A DNA stretch of 64,000 nucleotides from Patescibacteria group bacterium. GTDB taxonomy: Bacteria; Patescibacteriota; Microgenomatia; UBA12405. Each line of letters opens with the position of its first letter. Position 1 is the stretch's first letter. Position numbers and translations under genes: made by a program. The stretch covers positions 16,438 through 80,437 of the forward strand of contig JAHIPV010000017.1 of NCBI GenBank assembly GCA_018902845.1. Direction: 5' to 3'. The notes under the pieces are model-generated. The model saw nothing but the letters and a program-made list of their open reading frames with translations. It made no database searches and had not been told where the DNA came from. Shown here one piece after another: positions 25,301-36,283 of this stretch.

Positions 25301-26863
25301 ATGAGAGTAGCAAGCTACAGTAGGGTTTCAACATCATCACAAGCACAAAAAGACAAGGTTTCAATTGAGATGCAGGTAGATTGGGCCAAGAAAATCTGTC
25401 AAGAAAAAAATTGGCAATATGTAAAGAAATACATCGAACCAGGAGTGATAGGGGAGACTGAATTTGAAGAAAGACAAGCAGGAGGCCAATTGCTTAAAGA
25501 CGCCAAACAAAAATTTTTTGACTTAGTACTTTTCTATCACTCATCTCGTCTTGCCAGAGAACCAGATATTGGACTTCGAACAATCAGACTTTTAGGGCAA
25601 AACAAAATACAGGTCTATTTTGGAAATTCACCAACCGAACCGGTAGCACCAGAAAAATATGTTTACGGCAACAATGTTTCATCAATGTTTATGAACGCCT
25701 TCTCCCTTGTTACTGATCTAAAAGATAACTATGAAAGGGCAGAAAAATTTCATGGGGCATTGCGTAAGATAGCCTCAAGAGGAATATTCCCTATCAGGGT
25801 TCCATTCGGATACAAAAGAATCTTTGTAGTCAAGAATGGCAAACCCACACGAAAAATTGTCACCGTTCCCGAAGACGCAATTATTATAAAAATGATTTTT
25901 GACCTCTACGATATAGAGAAGAAATCGATCAGATCTATCGCCCATCACCTCAACACTGTTGATATCAAATCACCTAGCGGGAAAACAGGCCTAGAAGCTT
26001 GGACACACCGAGCTGTAAGATATATTCTCAAAAACCCTACCTACACAGGCCTTATCCGATGGGGAAGAATGAAAGGCAGAAAATACCAACAAGAAAGAAG
26101 CATATCTGGTGCTGTAAAAAGAATTCACGCCAACAAAGATGAAATAATTTTAGCCAAAGGCACACATGAAGTTCTAATTAATAAAAAACAATTTAATAGG
26201 GTTCAAGCAAGACTTCAATTAAGAGGAAAAATTCCTGGAAGATCAATCGGTTCCCCAGGATTATTATCAGGTTTGGTATTTTGTGGCCGATGTAAAAAAA
26301 GAGCTTATTTTGTCACCAAAAGAGACAAGAACTCCTTGTATACCAAATACGTTTGCCGAAGTTATGTTTACTTCAAAACTTGTAGGGGATACATCATCTC
26401 TGCCCCAAAACTCGATAAAATTGTCATCAACGAAATAGCAAAACTAACCAAAGGAGCAGAAACACCAAACAAATACATCAATGCTAGTGTAAAAAATAAA
26501 ATAAAAAATCTAAAAGACACCCAAAGTAAACTAAAAAACTCACTTGAATCAAACATCAAAAAACAAAACCGAATATTCAAAGCTTACGAAAATGAAGTCA
26601 TCAACCTTACAGAATTTTCAGAGGAAAAAAAACAACTAGATAAAGACAACCTCCGATTAACCATGGAAGTTGAAAACATAGACAAAGAGATACAAGAATT
26701 TGATGATAAAAAGGACAAAAGCAAAAATTTTAAAAAACTAATCAAAAATTTCCCAAAAACATTTGCAAAAATATCACCAGAAAAACAAAAGTCTTTAATC
26801 CATCAACTTATCGAAAAAATAACTGTCAACGGGGAATCAGTCCACATCGAATATCGGGTTTAA
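25301..26863 (+). CDS. Large serine recombinase (resolvase catalytic domain, recombinase domain, zinc ribbon, coiled coil)
   Basis: 'VASYSRVSTSSQ' (nucleophile Ser), 'SSRLARE', downstream 'CGRCKKRAYF...CRSY' zinc ribbon and Lys/Glu-rich coiled coil. 520 aa. Confidence 0.85.
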   Translation: MRVASYSRVSTSSQAQKDKVSIEMQVDWAKKICQEKNWQYVKKYIEPGVIGETEFEERQAGGQLLKDAKQKFFDLVLFYHSSRLAREPDIGLRTIRLLGQNKIQVYFGNSPTEPVAPEKYVYGNNVSSMFMNAFSLVTDLKDNYERAEKFHGALRKIASRGIFPIRVPFGYKRIFVVKNGKPTRKIVTVPEDAIIIKMIFDLYDIEKKSIRSIAHHLNTVDIKSPSGKTGLEAWTHRAVRYILKNPTYTGLIRWGRMKGRKYQQERSISGAVKRIHANKDEIILAKGTHEVLINKKQFNRVQARLQLRGKIPGRSIGSPGLLSGLVFCGRCKKRAYFVTKRDKNSLYTKYVCRSYVYFKTCRGYIISAPKLDKIVINEIAKLTKGAETPNKYINASVKNKIKNLKDTQSKLKNSLESNIKKQNRIFKAYENEVINLTEFSEEKKQLDKDNLRLTMEVENIDKEIQEFDDKKDKSKNFKKLIKNFPKTFAKISPEKQKSLIHQLIEKITVNGESVHIEYRV

Positions 26864-26994
26864 AATAAAGACTAAAACCATTCCATTCTCTAAACATAAT
26901 TTGTTCAATACATAAAAATAGTAATATGCTTTTTTTCAGCCATAAGCATCTCCATTGTCATTTTCATTCTTCCCAATTTTACTAAGTATTGTTT

Positions 26995-27507
26995 TTATAT
27001 TCCTTTTACTGAAGCATAGCTCACCATTTGGACAATCAAAGAAGTATCGTTGACTAATTGCCCTTTTTCTTGATAAAGATTTTTTATTTTGTAACCCATG
27101 TTTATTGCCACTAGTCTGGTCATATAATCGGGGGACCAATAATAACAAGTAACCTGATTGCATTTTTCTTTTCTCACAATCATTTTCACCTTAAATCCAG
27201 CTGGCCATTCAATTATTCTTCTTATTTGTTGATTAGTTAATACAGCATCAAATTTAATCATCTTCAGCTTGACCGCTCCAATCAGTTCTTCATGTTTTTT
27301 GGCAATTGACTTATCAGGCATAATTTTTGCCAGCTCCTCTTGGAATCCTTTTGTTCTGGTTACTAATTTAGGCTTTCGGGATGTTTGTTGTGAATAGCCC
27401 GATTCTTTTAAAATTTTACCCATCGGGACAATTTTCTTACCCCCCGAATTTCGGATATTTTCGGATAACTTCTGGACCGCTATTTTTTGACGTATTGTAG
27501 AGGACAT
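26995..27507 (-). CDS. HTH protein resembling a phage terminase small subunit (Terminase_2-like). Low confidence.
   Basis: 'GGKKIVPMGKILKESGYSQQTSRKPKLV' resembles the TerS N-terminal HTH. No large terminase nearby. Confidence 0.3.
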   Translation of the reverse strand: MSSTIRQKIAVQKLSENIRNSGGKKIVPMGKILKESGYSQQTSRKPKLVTRTKGFQEELAKIMPDKSIAKKHEELIGAVKLKMIKFDAVLTNQQIRRIIEWPAGFKVKMIVRKEKCNQVTCYYWSPDYMTRLVAINMGYKIKNLYQEKGQLVNDTSLIVQMVSYASVKGI

Positions 27508-27619
27508 ATCTAATTATCCCACAATTAAATTTCAGCTAAAATACAACACAGGTACAAACAGTCCCAAAAGGGTATAATTCAAACAACAAGGCGAATTATT
27601 AATATTAATATGAAAACCC

Positions 27620-29194
27620 ATGTCAGAAGAACAGAAACGATTACTTGAAAAACAACTATGGGGAGTGGCAAATATTCTCAGAGGAAAAATGAATGCCGAT
27701 GAATACAAGAACTACATCCTCGGCTTTATTTTTTATAAATACCTCTCGGAAAGACTTGAAAAATATGTCAACGGAAAACTCCTCTCCCGTGAGAATTACA
27801 CATTTGAAGAAATAAAAGAGGACACCAAACAAGGTAAGGCGATTGTAGAAGAAGTAAAAAAAGCCAGCATCAATCATCTTGGCTTTTTTCTTAAACCCAG
27901 CCAGCTGTTCTCATATCTCGTCAAAAAAGGAAACGGTGAGATCAAAAATCAAGAGAACTTCATTTTAGAAGACCTAAAAAATATTCTTAACACTGTTGAA
28001 CAGACTTCGATGGGTACTTCCAGCGAAGACGACTTCAAGGGTTTGTTTGATGATGTAGATTTAACTTCATCCAAATTGGGAAAAGGCGAGAAAAAGAAAA
28101 ATGAAGTCATTGTCGAAGTTCTTACGGTTCTAAATGGTATTGACTTTAAGCTCGAAGATTCTAAAAGTGACCTTCTGGGTGATGCATATGAATATCTAAT
28201 CGGTAAGTTTGCTGCAGGTGCGGGTAAAAAGGGTGGCGAGTTTTATACTCCTGCCCAGGTTTCTAGACTTCTTGCCAAAATAGTTACATTGGGCAAGAAA
28301 AAACTTCGTTCTGTATACGACCCTACGTGTGGTTCGGGTTCTCTTCTCTTGCGTCTTAAAGACTATATTGTCTCCGATTATTATGGACAAGAACTTAACC
28401 CTACAACATACAACCTTGCTCGTATGAATATGATTCTGCATGATATACACTTTGACCGTTTCTCAATTCGTCACGGTGACACTCTAACAGATGATATGCA
28501 CTTAGACCTTCAAGCAGAAGCCATTGTAGCCAATCCTCCCTTTGGTGCCAAGTGGAAAAGCACTGATGATCCAGCACTAGCAAATGATGAAAGATTCACG
28601 CAATATGGTAGATTAGCTCCTAAAGGTAAGGCTGATTATGCCTTCGTGACTCATATGCTTCACCACCTGTCAGATAACGGCACCATGGCGATTGTATTGC
28701 CTCACGGAGTGTTATTTAGATATGGTGCAGAAGGTGAAATACGCAAATACATCATTGAAAAACAGAACTATTTAGATGCTGTTATTGGTCTTCCTTCAAA
28801 CCTTTTCTATGGTGCGGGTATTTCAGCAATAGTCTTGGTGTTTAAGAAGTGTCGCCGAGAGGATAAGGACATTTTGTTTATAGACGCTTCAAAAGAATTT
28901 GAAAAACAAAAAAATCAAAACTATCTTACAGATGAAAATATCACTAAAATATTTAACACTTACAAGGAGCGTAAAGTAAGTGATAAATACTCACATAAGG
29001 CTTCGCTAGAGGAGATTAAGGAAAATGATTACAACTTGAACATTCCTCGATATGTAGACACTTTTGAGGAAGAAAAACCTATTGATCTTAAAGAGGTGGC
29101 AATAAAGCTTAAAAAGCTAAACAAGGAGGAGCTGGGGCTTCAAAAGAAAATAGCTCGATTTTGTGATGAATTAAAAATAGCTAAACCCTTTTGA
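27620..29194 (+). CDS. hsdM: Type I restriction-modification N6-adenine DNA methyltransferase subunit
   Basis: HsdM N-terminal domain, motif I 'YDPTCGSGSLLL', motif IV 'VANPPFGAKW'. Confidence 0.9.
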   Translation: MSEEQKRLLEKQLWGVANILRGKMNADEYKNYILGFIFYKYLSERLEKYVNGKLLSRENYTFEEIKEDTKQGKAIVEEVKKASINHLGFFLKPSQLFSYLVKKGNGEIKNQENFILEDLKNILNTVEQTSMGTSSEDDFKGLFDDVDLTSSKLGKGEKKKNEVIVEVLTVLNGIDFKLEDSKSDLLGDAYEYLIGKFAAGAGKKGGEFYTPAQVSRLLAKIVTLGKKKLRSVYDPTCGSGSLLLRLKDYIVSDYYGQELNPTTYNLARMNMILHDIHFDRFSIRHGDTLTDDMHLDLQAEAIVANPPFGAKWKSTDDPALANDERFTQYGRLAPKGKADYAFVTHMLHHLSDNGTMAIVLPHGVLFRYGAEGEIRKYIIEKQNYLDAVIGLPSNLFYGAGISAIVLVFKKCRREDKDILFIDASKEFEKQKNQNYLTDENITKIFNTYKERKVSDKYSHKASLEEIKENDYNLNIPRYVDTFEEEKPIDLKEVAIKLKKLNKEELGLQKKIARFCDELKIAKPF

Positions 29195-30444
29195 GCATGA
29201 GTACTCCAAGCACACAGGCAACGCCAATGATTCCACGACTTCGTTTTTCTGAATTTTCTAACGAATGGAAAGAGAAAAAACTAGGAGATGTTTTTAATAG
29301 AATTACAGATAAAAATGTGACTAATAATAAAAATGTTTTAACAATCTCGGCTCAACGAGGATTAATTAATCAAAAAGATTTTTTCACCAAATCTGTATCA
29401 GCAAAAAATATTACTGGTTATTTTTTTCTTAAAAAAAACGATTTTGCTTACAACAGAAGCCATTCTAAAGGTTACCCTATAGGGGTAATTAAGAGACTTG
29501 TCAATTATGATCGTGGCGTAGTTTCAACTTTGTATATTTGTTTCAGATTGGATAACGCAAATTATTCCGAAGTTTTTTTTGAAAAATATTTTGAGAGTAG
29601 ACATGTTAATCGTGAAATAAGTAAAATTGCTCAAGAAGGTGCGAGAAATCATGGTTTACTAAACATGAGCGTTATAGATTTTTTCAATGATGTTGCAATC
29701 AAATTTCCAAGACAATTAGAACAGCAAAAAATTACCAACTTTCTAGGGCCAGTAGATGCCTGGATTAACAACTTACAATTTCAGAAAGAATATCTTGAAG
29801 ACTATAAAAAAGGCATTATACAAAAGATCTTTAGCCGGGAGATTAGGTTCAAAGACGATAATGGAAAAGATTTCCCAGGGTGGGAAGATAGGAATTTTTG
29901 CAAAATACTTACAGAACACAAAATGAAGAGCCGTGGAAAGGAAGAAGTGTTTTCTGTTTCGGTACATAAGGGGTTGATCAATCAGATTAAGCATCTTGGT
30001 AGAAGTTACTCCGCCAAGAATACTGGGCATTACAATTTGGTAAAACCACATGATGTGGTATATACAAAGAGCCCAACGGGGAGATTTCCTTTTGGAATAA
30101 TTAAACAGAGTATACTCAGGAAAAACGTGATAGTGTCTCCGCTATATGGTGTGTTTACCCCCGAGACGTCAGGGCTTGGATATATGTTAAATGCGTATTT
30201 CGAATCCAATATAAATACACATAATTATCTAGCTCCGATCGTACAGAAAGGTGCAAAAAACACAATGAACATCACTAACAAAACTTTTTTGTCAAGAAGT
30301 TTAGTACTACCTGTTTCAAAAAAAGAACAACAAAAAATTGCTGATTTCCTAATTTCTATTGACACGCTGATCGAATCAAAAAACAGTCAAGTTACAAAAG
30401 CTAAGAGCTGGAAAAAAGGCTTGATGCAACAAATGTTTGTATAA
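29191..30444 (+). CDS. hsdS: Type I R-M specificity subunit (two target-recognition domains)
   Basis: Start overlaps the hsdM stop. Duplicated TRD-plus-conserved-helix architecture ('...[17 protein letters not shown]'). Confidence 0.8.
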   Translation: MSMSTPSTQATPMIPRLRFSEFSNEWKEKKLGDVFNRITDKNVTNNKNVLTISAQRGLINQKDFFTKSVSAKNITGYFFLKKNDFAYNRSHSKGYPIGVIKRLVNYDRGVVSTLYICFRLDNANYSEVFFEKYFESRHVNREISKIAQEGARNHGLLNMSVIDFFNDVAIKFPRQLEQQKITNFLGPVDAWINNLQFQKEYLEDYKKGIIQKIFSREIRFKDDNGKDFPGWEDRNFCKILTEHKMKSRGKEEVFSVSVHKGLINQIKHLGRSYSAKNTGHYNLVKPHDVVYTKSPTGRFPFGIIKQSILRKNVIVSPLYGVFTPETSGLGYMLNAYFESNINTHNYLAPIVQKGAKNTMNITNKTFLSRSLVLPVSKKEQQKIADFLISIDTLIESKNSQVTKAKSWKKGLMQQMFV

Positions 30445-30446
30445 AT

Positions 30447-33248
30447 ATGACACACCAATCCGAACAACAACTAGAAACTGCCTTAATCAAGCAATTACAT
30501 GAGCTTGGTTTCTCTAATGTGGACATAAAAGATCATAATTCTTTGAAAAATAACTTACGATCTCAACTAGAAAAGTTTAACCAAACATCTTTTTCTGACT
30601 CTGAGTTCGCCAGAATAATGAACCACCTTAACAGAGGGGATAGATTTCAAAAAGCCAAGACTCTACGAGACCGATATGCACTTTCTCGTGATGATGAGAG
30701 CAAAATTTTTATCCGTTTCTTTAACATGGATCAATGGTGTAAGAATGAATATCAAGTAACCCACCAGATCACCCAAGAAGGCTCTTACAAGAACCGTTAT
30801 GATGTTACGTTGCTAATAAACGGATTACCCCTTGTTCATATTGAACTCAAACGTCGCGGGATGGAGATGAAGGAAGCTTTTAACCAAATCCAGCGATACC
30901 ATAAACACTCATTTACAGGAACTATATTTGAATACGTACAAATATTTGTTATTTCAAACGGGGTCAATACTAAGTATTTTTCAAACAACCCAAAACAATC
31001 ATTTGAACAAACATTTTTCTGGACAGATGAAAAAAACAAGAAGATTACTAAGCTTGATGCATTTGCAAATGCATTTCTAGAGAAATGCTTCGTGTCAAAG
31101 ATGATTGCCGAGTACACCGTACTTGCTGAAGCAAAGAAAATCCCCATGGTGCTTCGACCATACCAGTACTACGCGGTCAGAGCTATAGAAAAAAGAGTTC
31201 AAGAGTCAGATAAAAACGGCTACATCTGGCACACTACCGGATCAGGCAAAACACTAACTTCATTCAAGGCCAGTCAGATATTGTCGCAAATGCCAGAAAT
31301 CAAAAAGGTTTTGTTTGTGGTTGACCGCAAAGACTTGGACATTCAAACCACCAAAGAGTTTAACTCTTTTTCAGACGGTTCAGTCGATGGAACCAATAAC
31401 ACTCGCAACCTTGTGGCACAATTAGAAGACAAAAATCGAAAACTTATCGTTACCACTATTCAAAAATTAGACATTGCTGTTAGCAGGGAAAGTTATCTAA
31501 AAAAACTCTTGCATTTAGAAAACGAAAAAGTGGTAATTATCTTTGATGAGTGTCATCGTAGTCAATTTGGTGTAACCCATGGAAGAATTAAAAAGTTTTT
31601 TGGTAAAGCTCAATTGTTTGGATTTACCGGAACCCCCATATTCGCTGACAATAATGTTGGTGGAGTAACCACGGCAGATGTTTTTGGTTCTCCTCCACTA
31701 CATAAATACATAATCACTAACGCCATTTCTGATAATAATGTACTCGGATTTTCCGTTGAGTATGTGGGTAAGTATAAGCAGAAATCACCGGACACACTTG
31801 ATGCAGATATCTTTGCCGACACTATGGTCGAGGGAATTAACACAAGAGAGGTTCTAGAAGATGATGGTCGTCTTGAAAAAATTTCCGATTACATCTTAGC
31901 AGATTGGAAGCGTAAGACTAAACGGGGTAAATTCAATGCCTTATTTGCCACACCAAACATTGAAGTGCTAAAAAAATACTACACTTTACTGAAGGACAAA
32001 AAACCAGACGACTTCTCAATGGCAACCATTTTTACTTATCATGCAAATGAGGATGACAGCTCAGACATGCTCGACGTAGACGTATTTGCGGGAGAGGGAA
32101 CTACTGGAAATAAGCATTCACGAGATTTTTTGGAAGACTGCATTGAAGACTACAACAAAAAGTTTTCAACCAACTACTCAACAGACCGTTTTTATGACTA
32201 TTACCGAGACCTACAAAAGCGAATCAAAAATAAGGAAGTGGATCTAGTACTTGTAGTAAATATGTTTTTAACAGGTTTTGACAGTCCTAGACTTAACACT
32301 CTTTATGTTGACAAAAATCTACGATATCACGGTTTAGTTCAAGCATATTCTCGTACCAATAGACTTCTTAATTCTGATAAGCCTCATGGAAACATTATTT
32401 CATTTAGAAATCTAAAAGACGCCACAGACACCGCACTTGCCTTGTTTGGAGATGAAAATGCCAAAGAAGTTGTTTTCAAGAAACCTTATGAGGAACAGAA
32501 AAATAATTTCAAAACTAAGTTAACAGAACTAAAGGAAAAAACACCTACACTTAAATCAATAGACGAATTGCACAGCGAAGAAGAAAGAGCCGGCTTTGTT
32601 AGAACATTTAGAGATCTGTTACGCATCAAATCATCCTTAGAAACTTTCGCTGAATTTACATTTGACGACTTAGGAATATCTGAACAAGAGTTTTATGACT
32701 ATCAAAGCAAATACTTAGACATTTACGATGAACGCAAAAAAGACGATAGTGGCGTTGAATCGATTCTTGATCAAATCGATTTTGAATTAGAACTCACAGT
32801 TAGAGATATCATAAACTTTGACTATATTATTCTCCTGATCGCTGGTCTAAAAAACATTAAATCCGACACAGTAAGAAATAAGAAAACAGAAGAAATACTT
32901 CGAATATTTGATCAGGATGTACAGTTACGTAAAAAGAAAGATTTAATCAAGAAATTTATCGAAGAGAATCTTCCAAAAATTGGTAAATCAGACGATGTTG
33001 AAAAAGCGTTTAGCGAGTTCTGGAAAAGTGAGAGGTCGAGGGTGTTGAGAGAAGTTGCTGAAACAGAAAGTATACCAGTAGAAAAAATGGAAAACTTGAT
33101 TGGTGACTATGTCTACTCGCAAAAAACACCCAAAGATCAAGAAATCGCCGATTTACTCCCCCAACAACCAAAAATACTGGAGTTTGGGAGTGTTGTTAGC
33201 AAAATAAAGAATGCTATCAAAAATATCGTGGACGTATTTGAGTGGTAA
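30447..33248 (+). CDS. hsdR: Type I R-M restriction endonuclease/translocase subunit
   Basis: HsdR N-terminal nuclease domain ('[16 protein letters not shown]'), SF2 motifs I '[12 protein letters not shown]' and II '[10 protein letters not shown]', motif VI region 'QAYSRTNR'. Confidence 0.9.
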   Translation: MTHQSEQQLETALIKQLHELGFSNVDIKDHNSLKNNLRSQLEKFNQTSFSDSEFARIMNHLNRGDRFQKAKTLRDRYALSRDDESKIFIRFFNMDQWCKNEYQVTHQITQEGSYKNRYDVTLLINGLPLVHIELKRRGMEMKEAFNQIQRYHKHSFTGTIFEYVQIFVISNGVNTKYFSNNPKQSFEQTFFWTDEKNKKITKLDAFANAFLEKCFVSKMIAEYTVLAEAKKIPMVLRPYQYYAVRAIEKRVQESDKNGYIWHTTGSGKTLTSFKASQILSQMPEIKKVLFVVDRKDLDIQTTKEFNSFSDGSVDGTNNTRNLVAQLEDKNRKLIVTTIQKLDIAVSRESYLKKLLHLENEKVVIIFDECHRSQFGVTHGRIKKFFGKAQLFGFTGTPIFADNNVGGVTTADVFGSPPLHKYIITNAISDNNVLGFSVEYVGKYKQKSPDTLDADIFADTMVEGINTREVLEDDGRLEKISDYILADWKRKTKRGKFNALFATPNIEVLKKYYTLLKDKKPDDFSMATIFTYHANEDDSSDMLDVDVFAGEGTTGNKHSRDFLEDCIEDYNKKFSTNYSTDRFYDYYRDLQKRIKNKEVDLVLVVNMFLTGFDSPRLNTLYVDKNLRYHGLVQAYSRTNRLLNSDKPHGNIISFRNLKDATDTALALFGDENAKEVVFKKPYEEQKNNFKTKLTELKEKTPTLKSIDELHSEEERAGFVRTFRDLLRIKSSLETFAEFTFDDLGISEQEFYDYQSKYLDIYDERKKDDSGVESILDQIDFELELTVRDIINFDYIILLIAGLKNIKSDTVRNKKTEEILRIFDQDVQLRKKKDLIKKFIEENLPKIGKSDDVEKAFSEFWKSERSRVLREVAETESIPVEKMENLIGDYVYSQKTPKDQEIADLLPQQPKILEFGSVVSKIKNAIKNIVDVFEW

Positions 33249-33493
33249 TAAAAAAATACAAAACTTTTCCCCATTCTCACTTCAAAAACAAACTCCTTTA
33301 CTTGCCCCCTAACCATTCGAGCAGTGACCAACCGAGGGAGCTAGTTACTTCTTTTATAACTTTCTTCTGCCTGCGCCAAGTTGAAAATAGAGACATTTCA
33401 ATCCTCTTGCTAATTGCCTTTTGTTTAGCCCGATACTCTTTTTGTTTTTCTCATAGTAGCTCATAATGCTCCGTTTTAAATTATAATTCCCTA

Positions 33494-33871
33494 ATGAAAC
33501 TTTGGGTAAAAATATTACCCGTTTTCTTCTTTTTCTACTTAATCTCTCCATTGCCCGCTTTCTCAAGATCTGGCTGTTGTTCACATCATGGCGGAGTTTG
33601 TGGCTGTCGTTGTTGTGATGGCTCAGCTCTGTCAGCTAAATGCGCTCCATACTATCCAAGTTGTAACTCTAAGCCTATTATTCCTACACACACCCTTAAA
33701 CCAACCGTGACCTCAACTGATTCACTAGAGGTGCTGGGATCAATTGATGGTAGTGATTCAAATCAAGATTCAGATAACAATGACGGTAGTACTGTTAGTG
33801 GGCTTTTGTTGGCAGGTGCAGGATATGGGGGCTACAGCATTTTGAAAAACAAAAAAAGAAAAATCAGCTAA
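33494..33871 (+). CDS. Small secreted Cys-rich protein with a C-terminal hydrophobic segment and basic tail
   Basis: Signal peptide, then 'SGCCSHHGGVCGCRCCDGSALSAKCAPYYPSCNS', a Thr/Ser/Asp-rich spacer, and the tail 'GLLLAGAGYGGYSILKNKKRKIS'. Confidence 0.35.
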   Translation: MKLWVKILPVFFFFYLISPLPAFSRSGCCSHHGGVCGCRCCDGSALSAKCAPYYPSCNSKPIIPTHTLKPTVTSTDSLEVLGSIDGSDSNQDSDNNDGSTVSGLLLAGAGYGGYSILKNKKRKIS

Positions 33872-33996
33872 TTAGCCCAAGAATTTTTTACTTGCTCTAT
33901 GGCAACGACTTTTCATTCAGTGAACTCTTATTTCACATTTAACCCCCTATCTAGTTGAGAAATTAGTTATTACAGGATATAATTCCGTCTTGACCT

Positions 33997-36249
33997 TTGT
34001 GGTCTCTTTTTTTATGTAAGATGAAAATGAAACTATCTACTAAATTTGCCAACGCTATCAGTCTAATCATCCCCGTTTTTAACGAAACAGAAAACATTGA
34101 AATCTTACTTCTGCGTCTTAACACAACTTTAAGAAAAGCCAAATTTCAATATGAATTAATTTTCATCGACGACCATTCTACTGATGGCACATTTGAAAAA
34201 CTAAAAGAACTGGCAATGACTATCCCACCCATTAGGCTTTATAGAAAACAAGGTAGACAGGGCAAGGCATATTCACTATTACAAGGTTTTAAACTGGCCA
34301 AATATCCGATAGTAGGAATGATTGACGCTGATCTTTCTTATCCGCCGGAAGCAATTCCTCAAATGTTTCAAAAGCTTGAAAATTGTGACATTGTAATTGC
34401 TAATCGAAATTATCTTCATGATGTAAGCAAAATTCGTAAAATTTTAGGAAAAACTTTTCAATCCATTTTTGGCAAAACTCTTTTTAGACTCAACTATGAC
34501 GTTCAATCAGGTTTAAAAATTTTTAAAAGAGAAATAATTGAAAGAATTTCTCTTAATCCCACTAAATGGACATTTGATTTAGAATTTTTGTTCAAAGCTT
34601 TTAACGCCGGTTACAATATTGAGGCTTTTGATATCGAGTTTGGACCACGCAAACAAGGAACAAAAAAACTCAAACTAATTCCAGCCGCCCTAGAAATGGC
34701 TTCAATGGCTGTTAAATTAAAACTTTCCCCCATCATGCCGGCAATAATTCCACCGGAAAATGGCCAAAACATGAAAGGTTCAGGCTTTGTGTACAAAAGA
34801 CAAAAATTTATTACTCATACTGATATCTCCGAGCAGGAAAGTGCATTAAAAAACCTATCTGCCATGCAAATAATTGTTTTTGCATTTCTTTTCATCATAT
34901 TAACTATCTTCTTTTTATACGGTTGGCACAAAACTTTAGTTTTCTTAATCGGATCCATTACCCTTCTTTACTTTTTCGATTTGATTTTTAACTTATTTTT
35001 AATCATAAGAAGCTTTCAAAAACCAAAAGAAATCACATTCACCAAAAATGAATTAAAAGAAAAAAGAAATTGGCCTATCTATACTATTTTTTGCCCGCTT
35101 TACAAAGAAACAGAAGTTATCGCTCAATTTGCCAAGGCAATTCAAGATCTTAATTACCCAAAGGACAAGCTTGATGTGTTGCTTCTTCTGGAAGAAAGCG
35201 ACAAAGAAACTATACAAGTAGCCAAAGACTTAAATCTGCCTGAATATTTTCGATTAATTATTGTTCCTCATTCTCTGCCAAAAACAAAACCAAAAGCCTG
35301 CAATTATGGTCTGGCTTATGCCAAAGGCCAATACGCAGTTATTTATGATGCCGAGGACATTCCGGATCCATTACAGCTCAAAAAAGCCATTTTAACTTTT
35401 GAAAAAACTCAAAATGAAAATGTTGTATGTGCCCAAGCCAAGCTTAATTTTTATAATCCACATCAAAATCTTTTAACCCGTCTTTTTACGGCTGAATATT
35501 CTTTGTGGTTTAATCTGGTTTTAACCGGACTGCAATCAATTGGAGCACCGATTCCTCTTGGTGGAACCTCTAATCATTTTAGAGTTAAGGATTTAAACGA
35601 ATTAAAAGGATGGGATCCATTTAATGTTACCGAAGATTGTGATTTAGGAATGAGGCTTTGCAAAAGAGGCTACTCTACTGCAATTTTTGACTCTACCACC
35701 ATGGAAGAAGCCAACAGTAATTTTAAAAACTGGTTTCACCAACGTTCCCGATGGATAAAGGGTTACATGCAAACTTATCTGGTCCATATGCGCCGACCAC
35801 AGGAATTTCTTTCTGATTGGAAAAAACCGCATGTGATTACTTTTCAATTAGTGGTTGGAGGCAAAGTTGTATCAATGTTTATTAATCCTTTAATGTGGCT
35901 GACAACTATTTCTTATTTTCTCTTGCGCCCCTTAGTAGGATCTTTTATAGAATCTTTATATCCACCCACAATTTTTTACATGGCAATTATTTCACTTGTT
36001 TTTGGCAACTTCCTTTATATGTATTACTACATGGTTGGTTGTGCCAAAAAAGAGCAATGGGAACTGATAAAATACGCCTTTTTAACACCAATTTATTGGT
36101 TGATGATGAGTGTAGCCGCAGTTATGGCATTGGTCCAACTTGTAACCAATCCTCACTACTGGCCCAAAACTACTCATGGTTTACATTTGAAAAAAGACCC
36201 AAAAACCGGTCAAGCCATCCTAGTCCCCGCCACTGCCAACGGCGATTAA
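33997..36249 (+). CDS. Fusion of two GT2 glycosyltransferase domains: DPM1/ArnC-like N-domain, TM region, processive cellulose/chitin-synthase-like domain
   Basis: N-domain 'IIPVFNETENIE...FIDDHSTDGT'. C-domain 'IYDAEDIPDP' (DxD) and 'QRSRWIKG' (QxxRW), with multiple TM helices. Confidence 0.7.
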   Translation: MWSLFLCKMKMKLSTKFANAISLIIPVFNETENIEILLLRLNTTLRKAKFQYELIFIDDHSTDGTFEKLKELAMTIPPIRLYRKQGRQGKAYSLLQGFKLAKYPIVGMIDADLSYPPEAIPQMFQKLENCDIVIANRNYLHDVSKIRKILGKTFQSIFGKTLFRLNYDVQSGLKIFKREIIERISLNPTKWTFDLEFLFKAFNAGYNIEAFDIEFGPRKQGTKKLKLIPAALEMASMAVKLKLSPIMPAIIPPENGQNMKGSGFVYKRQKFITHTDISEQESALKNLSAMQIIVFAFLFIILTIFFLYGWHKTLVFLIGSITLLYFFDLIFNLFLIIRSFQKPKEITFTKNELKEKRNWPIYTIFCPLYKETEVIAQFAKAIQDLNYPKDKLDVLLLLEESDKETIQVAKDLNLPEYFRLIIVPHSLPKTKPKACNYGLAYAKGQYAVIYDAEDIPDPLQLKKAILTFEKTQNENVVCAQAKLNFYNPHQNLLTRLFTAEYSLWFNLVLTGLQSIGAPIPLGGTSNHFRVKDLNELKGWDPFNVTEDCDLGMRLCKRGYSTAIFDSTTMEEANSNFKNWFHQRSRWIKGYMQTYLVHMRRPQEFLSDWKKPHVITFQLVVGGKVVSMFINPLMWLTTISYFLLRPLVGSFIESLYPPTIFYMAIISLVFGNFLYMYYYMVGCAKKEQWELIKYAFLTPIYWLMMSVAAVMALVQLVTNPHYWPKTTHGLHLKKDPKTGQAILVPATANGD

Positions 36250-36283
36250 TACTTGGTTATTTTTACCTTTTAAAAAAACAAAC

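Larger units (their letters stand above)
20500..33250. mobile_element. Putative integrated plasmid/phage-like element or defence island: replication module, excisionase-like gene, large serine recombinase, Type I R-M. Boundaries are approximate.
   Basis: Gene content only. Ends were not determined from att sites. The whole 14.8-33.3 kb accessory block begins directly after tRNA-Val. Confidence 0.45.

Noticed and set aside
33354-33584. 76-aa minus-strand ORF with 'GLNKRQLARGL' (HTH-like) overlapping the start of the Cys-rich peptide gene
   Set aside because: Highly basic low-complexity translation that overlaps a plus-strand ORF with a clear signal peptide. Possibly a remnant, but not supportable as a gene.
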